Source of the DNA: an archaeon
Lineage (GTDB): Archaea; Nanobdellota; Nanobdellia; SCGC-AAA011-G17; VGLX01
DNA length: 53,023 nucleotides
Assembly: GCA_043808805.1 (NCBI GenBank)
Contig: JAZDEN010000038.1
Location: 1 to 53,023, forward strand
Direction: 5' to 3'
How positions within the stretch are numbered: position 1 is the first letter of the stretch; each line of letters begins with the position of its first letter. The translations under genes and the position numbers were made by a program. Shown one piece after another: positions 49,518-53,023 of the stretch. The notes below the pieces were generated by a model, which did not search any database, was not told where the DNA came from, and saw only the letters and a program-made list of their open reading frames with translations.

Positions 49518-50090
49518 ATGAAAGACTACTACACAAGAAAATCAAGAGAAGAAGGATACTATGCAAGGTCAGTATACAAACTGAAATCACTGAACAAAAA
49601 ATACCAGATAATAAAACACGGGAACAGGATCCTAGACCTGGGATGCAGCCCAGGAGGGTGGGTGCAGGCAGCACTCGAGATAATAGGCAAAGAAGGATTT
49701 GTGACAGGAATAGACATAGACAAAGTAAAGGTAAAAGCCGGAAACTTCAGGTTCATACAAGGAGACATATACAACGAAGAACTACTGAAAGATGTGGAGA
49801 AGGTTGACGTTGTTCTAAGCGACATGGCACCAAAAACATCAGGAATAAGAGACCTGGACCAGGCAAGAAGCACAGACCTATCAAGACAAGCGCTGAAGAT
49901 AGCAAAGAAAAAATTAAAAGGCAACGGCAATTTCGTGTGTAAGATATTCCAGGGCAAAGAATACCCAGAATTCATAAATGAGGTGAGAAAAGAATTCGGC
50001 TTCGTCAAGACGGCAAAGCCGGAAGCATCCAAAAGCGGAAGCAAAGAAATGTATGTGATAGGAAAATGCAAGAATACCTCACAAAACTAA
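49518..50090 (+). CDS. rlmE: 23S rRNA 2'-O-ribose methyltransferase RlmE (FtsJ)
   Basis: Contains YYARSVYKLKSLNKKYQIIK, the SAM motif VLDLGCSPGGWVQ, DVVLSDMAP and KIFQG. Confidence 0.85.
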   Translation: MKDYYTRKSREEGYYARSVYKLKSLNKKYQIIKHGNRILDLGCSPGGWVQAALEIIGKEGFVTGIDIDKVKVKAGNFRFIQGDIYNEELLKDVEKVDVVLSDMAPKTSGIRDLDQARSTDLSRQALKIAKKKLKGNGNFVCKIFQGKEYPEFINEVRKEFGFVKTAKPEASKSGSKEMYVIGKCKNTSQN

Positions 50091-50794
50091 AAGAAGCACT
50101 AAACGGGAAAGAAACAATAATCCTATCAGCAAACTGCAGCATAGACTACAGCGGCAGGGCAGAAAGCTACCTGCCAGGAGGAGACAGGATCATAATAATA
50201 AAGCCTGACAGAAATCTGCTGATACACCAGCCAAACGGCAACACACCAGTCAACTACATGAAGGCAGACAGCCACCACCACCTAATTCTTGAAGACATAC
50301 CAACAATAAAAAGCGTGAACAAATCACAGAAAGAAGAAATAGAAATAAAGCTGCACAAAATCTACTTCCTACACACACAACTCATGAAAGACGACGAGAA
50401 GATAATGCTGAAAGGCACTGAAAGGGACATGGCAGAAAAAATATACAACAACCCAGAGTTAATAGAAGAGGGATTCAAGCCCCTGAGCAAGGAAGAACAC
50501 ACAAAATACGGATTCATAGACGTATTTGGGTATGACAAAAACAACAATCTAGTTGTCGTTGAGTGCAAGAGATATGTTGGAGATCTAAAAGCAGTAACAC
50601 AACTCAGAAGGTATGTTGAGAAAATAAAAAAGATGAGAGGGATTGGGAACGTGAGGGGAATACTCGCATGCCCAAAGATAAGCCCGAACGCAAAGCACAT
50701 GCTCGAGGACTGGGGATTCAAATTTGTTATGGTTAATCCACCAAAATATCTAGAGAAACACAAGAAAAAACAGAGAAAAATAGACGATTTCTAA
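50066..50794 (+). CDS. nucS: endonuclease NucS/EndoMS with C-terminal PIP-box-like tail
   Basis: An N-terminal beta-barrel half (CSIDYSGRAESYLPGGDRIIIIKPDRNLLIHQP) is followed by a RecB-like nuclease half (GFIDVFGYDKNNNLVVVECKR). The C-terminus QRKIDDF fits Q-x-x-I-x-x-F. Confidence 0.85.
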   Translation: MQEYLTKLKEALNGKETIILSANCSIDYSGRAESYLPGGDRIIIIKPDRNLLIHQPNGNTPVNYMKADSHHHLILEDIPTIKSVNKSQKEEIEIKLHKIYFLHTQLMKDDEKIMLKGTERDMAEKIYNNPELIEEGFKPLSKEEHTKYGFIDVFGYDKNNNLVVVECKRYVGDLKAVTQLRRYVEKIKKMRGIGNVRGILACPKISPNAKHMLEDWGFKFVMVNPPKYLEKHKKKQRKIDDF

Positions 50795-50814
50795 AAAAAG
50801 AAAAAATAAAAAAA
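50795..50814 (-). terminator. oligo-T tract downstream of the subtilase gene (minus strand)
   Basis: The plus strand reads aaaaagaaaaaataaaaaaa, giving T-runs on the minus strand immediately after the stop at 50815-50817. It also lies directly after the nucS stop on the plus strand. Confidence 0.45.
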
Positions 50815-52767
50815 TCAGCCGTAGTAATAATCCTGGTTCGTGTTGTAGGTACCGCCGTTAGTACACTTAACCTTGGATACCGGGCCGTAAGAGTTGGAAG
50901 AACTTGTAACCCAGTTCGTGTTGTTACCCGAATCGCTGTACCTGAAAACCTTAGTAAACGACTGCAGATAAGTGTAGGTAGTGTAACCATATGTGCCGGT
51001 AGCGCACTTGCAGAACTTCCTCGCCTGGTTCGTGTTCCTGTAAAGATACTGGTTTGAACCAGCCCAACACTTAACAGATGAAGAACAGTCAGCATCTGTT
51101 GCTGAATTACAAGACGGTCCACAACAACCATCAGAGGTTAAGCTGCAACCTGGCCAGACGCTCTCGCAAACATCCGAGTTCTCGTTACACGTGTCTGCGG
51201 TACAAGAGTTACCGTCGCTACAACTGCGAGCAGAACCTGCTGAGCACGCTCCTGCCTGGCAGGTCTCACCTGTGTTACAGTACAAGCCATCATCACATGA
51301 TGTTCCATCAGCCTTGTTCCTTGTGTTTCCAGTATCAGTCCATCTTGTCTCTGTAACATCATACTTGCAGTCTAATACCTTATCACAATAGTGGTTCCTG
51401 TACCCATCTTCTTTCTGCTCTTTCTCTGTACAGGGGGTATCACCAACCCACCTTGTAGCTCCTGTTTCAACCCAACCATCAGCCTGACAGGCACCATCGT
51501 CTGGAGTGTTAGAACACACACCACCAGAGCAGGTATCAACCGTACAACCCACACTATCCCCACAGTCAGCGTTTACCAAACATGAGGGAGCTGTGGGCTT
51601 TACTTTTGTGTAAGCCTCATAGGCATCAACAATTCCCTTTCCTGTCATGCTTGTTGTACAAGGGGTCTCTCTCTGACCACCAAGGCAACTTGCTCCATAC
51701 CAGTAATAGCATGTGTAACACTTGACAACAGGATTGGCTGTCGAGTACAAGGCATCTTTTATGCCTGCAGTAGTCAAATCAGGGTTTGCATCAAGCAACA
51801 GAGCAACAACACCTGCAACATCAGGCGTGGCCATCGAAGTCCCACTCATAGTACCATAACCATTTATTACACTTGAATAAATGTTAACTCCGGGAGCAAC
51901 TATGTCCAATGCAGGACCCCTACCTGAGAAGTAAGCCACATTATTGGTCTTATCAACTGCGCCTACTGCAATAGCGCCTGAGGCACAACCAGGAGAAGAA
52001 ACTCCCCTGCCATCATTTCCAGCTGCAACAACAACAGTCATCCCTTGGCTTACAACATTGTTAACATCAATTGCAAGGTTATCAGAATCACAGTTCTCAG
52101 TGGTGAAACTACCACCACCAATGCTGATGCTCATGACCTCAGCATCTGTAGCAACAGCAGCCTGCATAGCAGCAGTCATGTCATCCTCAAAGCAGTTACC
52201 CTGGGCATCACAAACCTTATACATGTAGATACCAACACCTGGGGCGACTCCCTTTGCATTCGCAGTCACACCATTAGCGGTTATTATCCCAGCAACATGA
52301 GTCCCGTGCCCATTACCATCTTCTGGAGTATCATCATTGTTCACGTAATCATAACCACCAAGATAACTGTCCTGCAGCTCAGGATGATCAAGGTCAATGC
52401 CTGTATCAAGAATAGCAACCTTCACGCCAGTGCCATCAACACCCTCAGCCCACACCTTGTCAGCGCCTATCTGCTGGTCAGCTGCAAGGTCAACTATGTG
52501 AAAAACCCTTGACTCACGCACGTTCAAGGTGGGTACTATGTCTTGTGGGCACTCAAAAGAAGCACCGCCTTTCAACCTGTGCCTCAATATGCATCCCTTG
52601 CCTTCCAGGACATTTATGTCCTCCTTGGCTATTTTGTCAGCAATAACCCTCTTGTACGCATTCCTGTCAACCTGACCCATATTGTCAGGACCGGCAATCA
52701 CTACGATAGACATCAAAACGACCATAGCGGTCAAAATAGCAACAAACTTGCCTATTCCCATATTCAT
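50815..52767 (-). CDS. secreted subtilisin-like serine protease (S8) with Cys-rich C-terminal region
   Basis: The signal/anchor is FVAILTAMVVLMSIVVIAG. The catalytic triad motifs are VAILDTGIDLDHPEL (Asp), HGTHVAGII (His) and SGTSMATP (Ser). The C-terminal 250 aa or so contain many Cys in repeated CxxDxxC-like spacing. Confidence 0.9.
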   Translation of the reverse strand: MNMGIGKFVAILTAMVVLMSIVVIAGPDNMGQVDRNAYKRVIADKIAKEDINVLEGKGCILRHRLKGGASFECPQDIVPTLNVRESRVFHIVDLAADQQIGADKVWAEGVDGTGVKVAILDTGIDLDHPELQDSYLGGYDYVNNDDTPEDGNGHGTHVAGIITANGVTANAKGVAPGVGIYMYKVCDAQGNCFEDDMTAAMQAAVATDAEVMSISIGGGSFTTENCDSDNLAIDVNNVVSQGMTVVVAAGNDGRGVSSPGCASGAIAVGAVDKTNNVAYFSGRGPALDIVAPGVNIYSSVINGYGTMSGTSMATPDVAGVVALLLDANPDLTTAGIKDALYSTANPVVKCYTCYYWYGASCLGGQRETPCTTSMTGKGIVDAYEAYTKVKPTAPSCLVNADCGDSVGCTVDTCSGGVCSNTPDDGACQADGWVETGATRWVGDTPCTEKEQKEDGYRNHYCDKVLDCKYDVTETRWTDTGNTRNKADGTSCDDGLYCNTGETCQAGACSAGSARSCSDGNSCTADTCNENSDVCESVWPGCSLTSDGCCGPSCNSATDADCSSSVKCWAGSNQYLYRNTNQARKFCKCATGTYGYTTYTYLQSFTKVFRYSDSGNNTNWVTSSSNSYGPVSKVKCTNGGTYNTNQDYYYG

Positions 52768-52831
52768 TTTTAGACCCCCGTCAGTTTAGAACACCCTGGT
52801 CCTTATGGAATAAAAAGATATATAAATCTTT

Positions 52832-53023
52832 TTAAAAAACCTTGAAATCAACACAGAGCCTGTACTTCCTAGGCGAATACTCACCGCACCTAACAACCTT
52901 CAGGATTTTGCATTTCTTGCAGTGCTTCTTCACCTTCTCAGCGGACTTGTCAATATTTTTCTCGTGCTCAAAGTCATAGAAATGGATTGTTGCGTTCTTC
53001 TTTGCGACTGACAAAGCGAGGTC
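52832..53023 (-). CDS. small hypothetical protein (possibly 5'-truncated by the window edge)
   Basis: The track start at 53014 is a TTG. The frame stays open to the window end. Contains HCKKC...RCGE...LC, a possible small zinc-binding protein. Confidence 0.35.
   Translation of the reverse strand, partial: DLALSVAKKNATIHFYDFEHEKNIDKSAEKVKKHCKKCKILKVVRCGEYSPRKYRLCVDFKVF

Noticed and set aside
49559-50071. 170-aa minus-strand ORF opposite rlmE
   Set aside because: It is antisense to RlmE, which has clear SAM-binding motifs.

Overview
The window is a gene-dense archaeal chromosome segment with about 65 protein genes and 2 tRNAs. The archaeal assignment rests on TBP, MCM, RFC small and large subunits, Hjc, NucS/EndoMS, aIF2-beta, Cbf5, eL31/eL39/eS19, and BHB-type tRNA introns. 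The small genes, 4-nt start/stop overlaps, leaderless-looking promoters, abundant orphan secreted proteins and A-rich/T-poor coding strands suggest a DPANN-like lineage. That lineage call is inference only, because no search could be run.

Content from left to right:
- Sugar-modification cluster (GNAT-DegT fusion, WbqC, PIG-L, epimerase).
- YbaK/ProX deacylase, apt and tRNA-Pro(CGG).
- Adenine deaminase and small redox/cyclophilin-like genes.
- About 8 kb minus-strand cell-surface operon: giant secreted protein, protein with a class-III (pilin-type) signal peptide, and three paralogous lipobox/TM beta-rich proteins, with an RPA gene embedded.
- Orphan membrane and coiled-coil genes.
- hjc, THUMP methyltransferase, acylphosphatase and radical SAM protein.
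- A bacterial-type full-length SelU, then cbf5.
- The eS19-PDCD5-eL39-eL31 operon.
- An NFACT (Rqc2/RqcH-type) gene split in two, with cysS nested between the halves.
- tRNA-Phe(GAA) with two non-canonical introns.
- aIF2-beta, DUF424 and an NMD3-like gene.
- A roughly 600-bp insertion bounded by about 50-bp direct repeats that duplicate the 3' end of an OB/winged-helix gene sitting directly downstream of mcm.
- tbp, a sequon-rich S-layer candidate, ileS and a TRAM protein.
- A plus-strand replication/repair block: rfcS, K/E-rich coiled-coil ORF, rfcL, CYTH, single-OB SSB, HerA-like ATPase, rlmE, nucS.
- A secreted subtilase with a Cys-rich tail.

No CRISPR array, rRNA, transposase or integrase was seen. 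All family calls come from motifs I recognise by eye in the supplied translations or in my own translations. No database search was possible. Many long ORFs in the track are antisense artefacts of the strand-biased composition.
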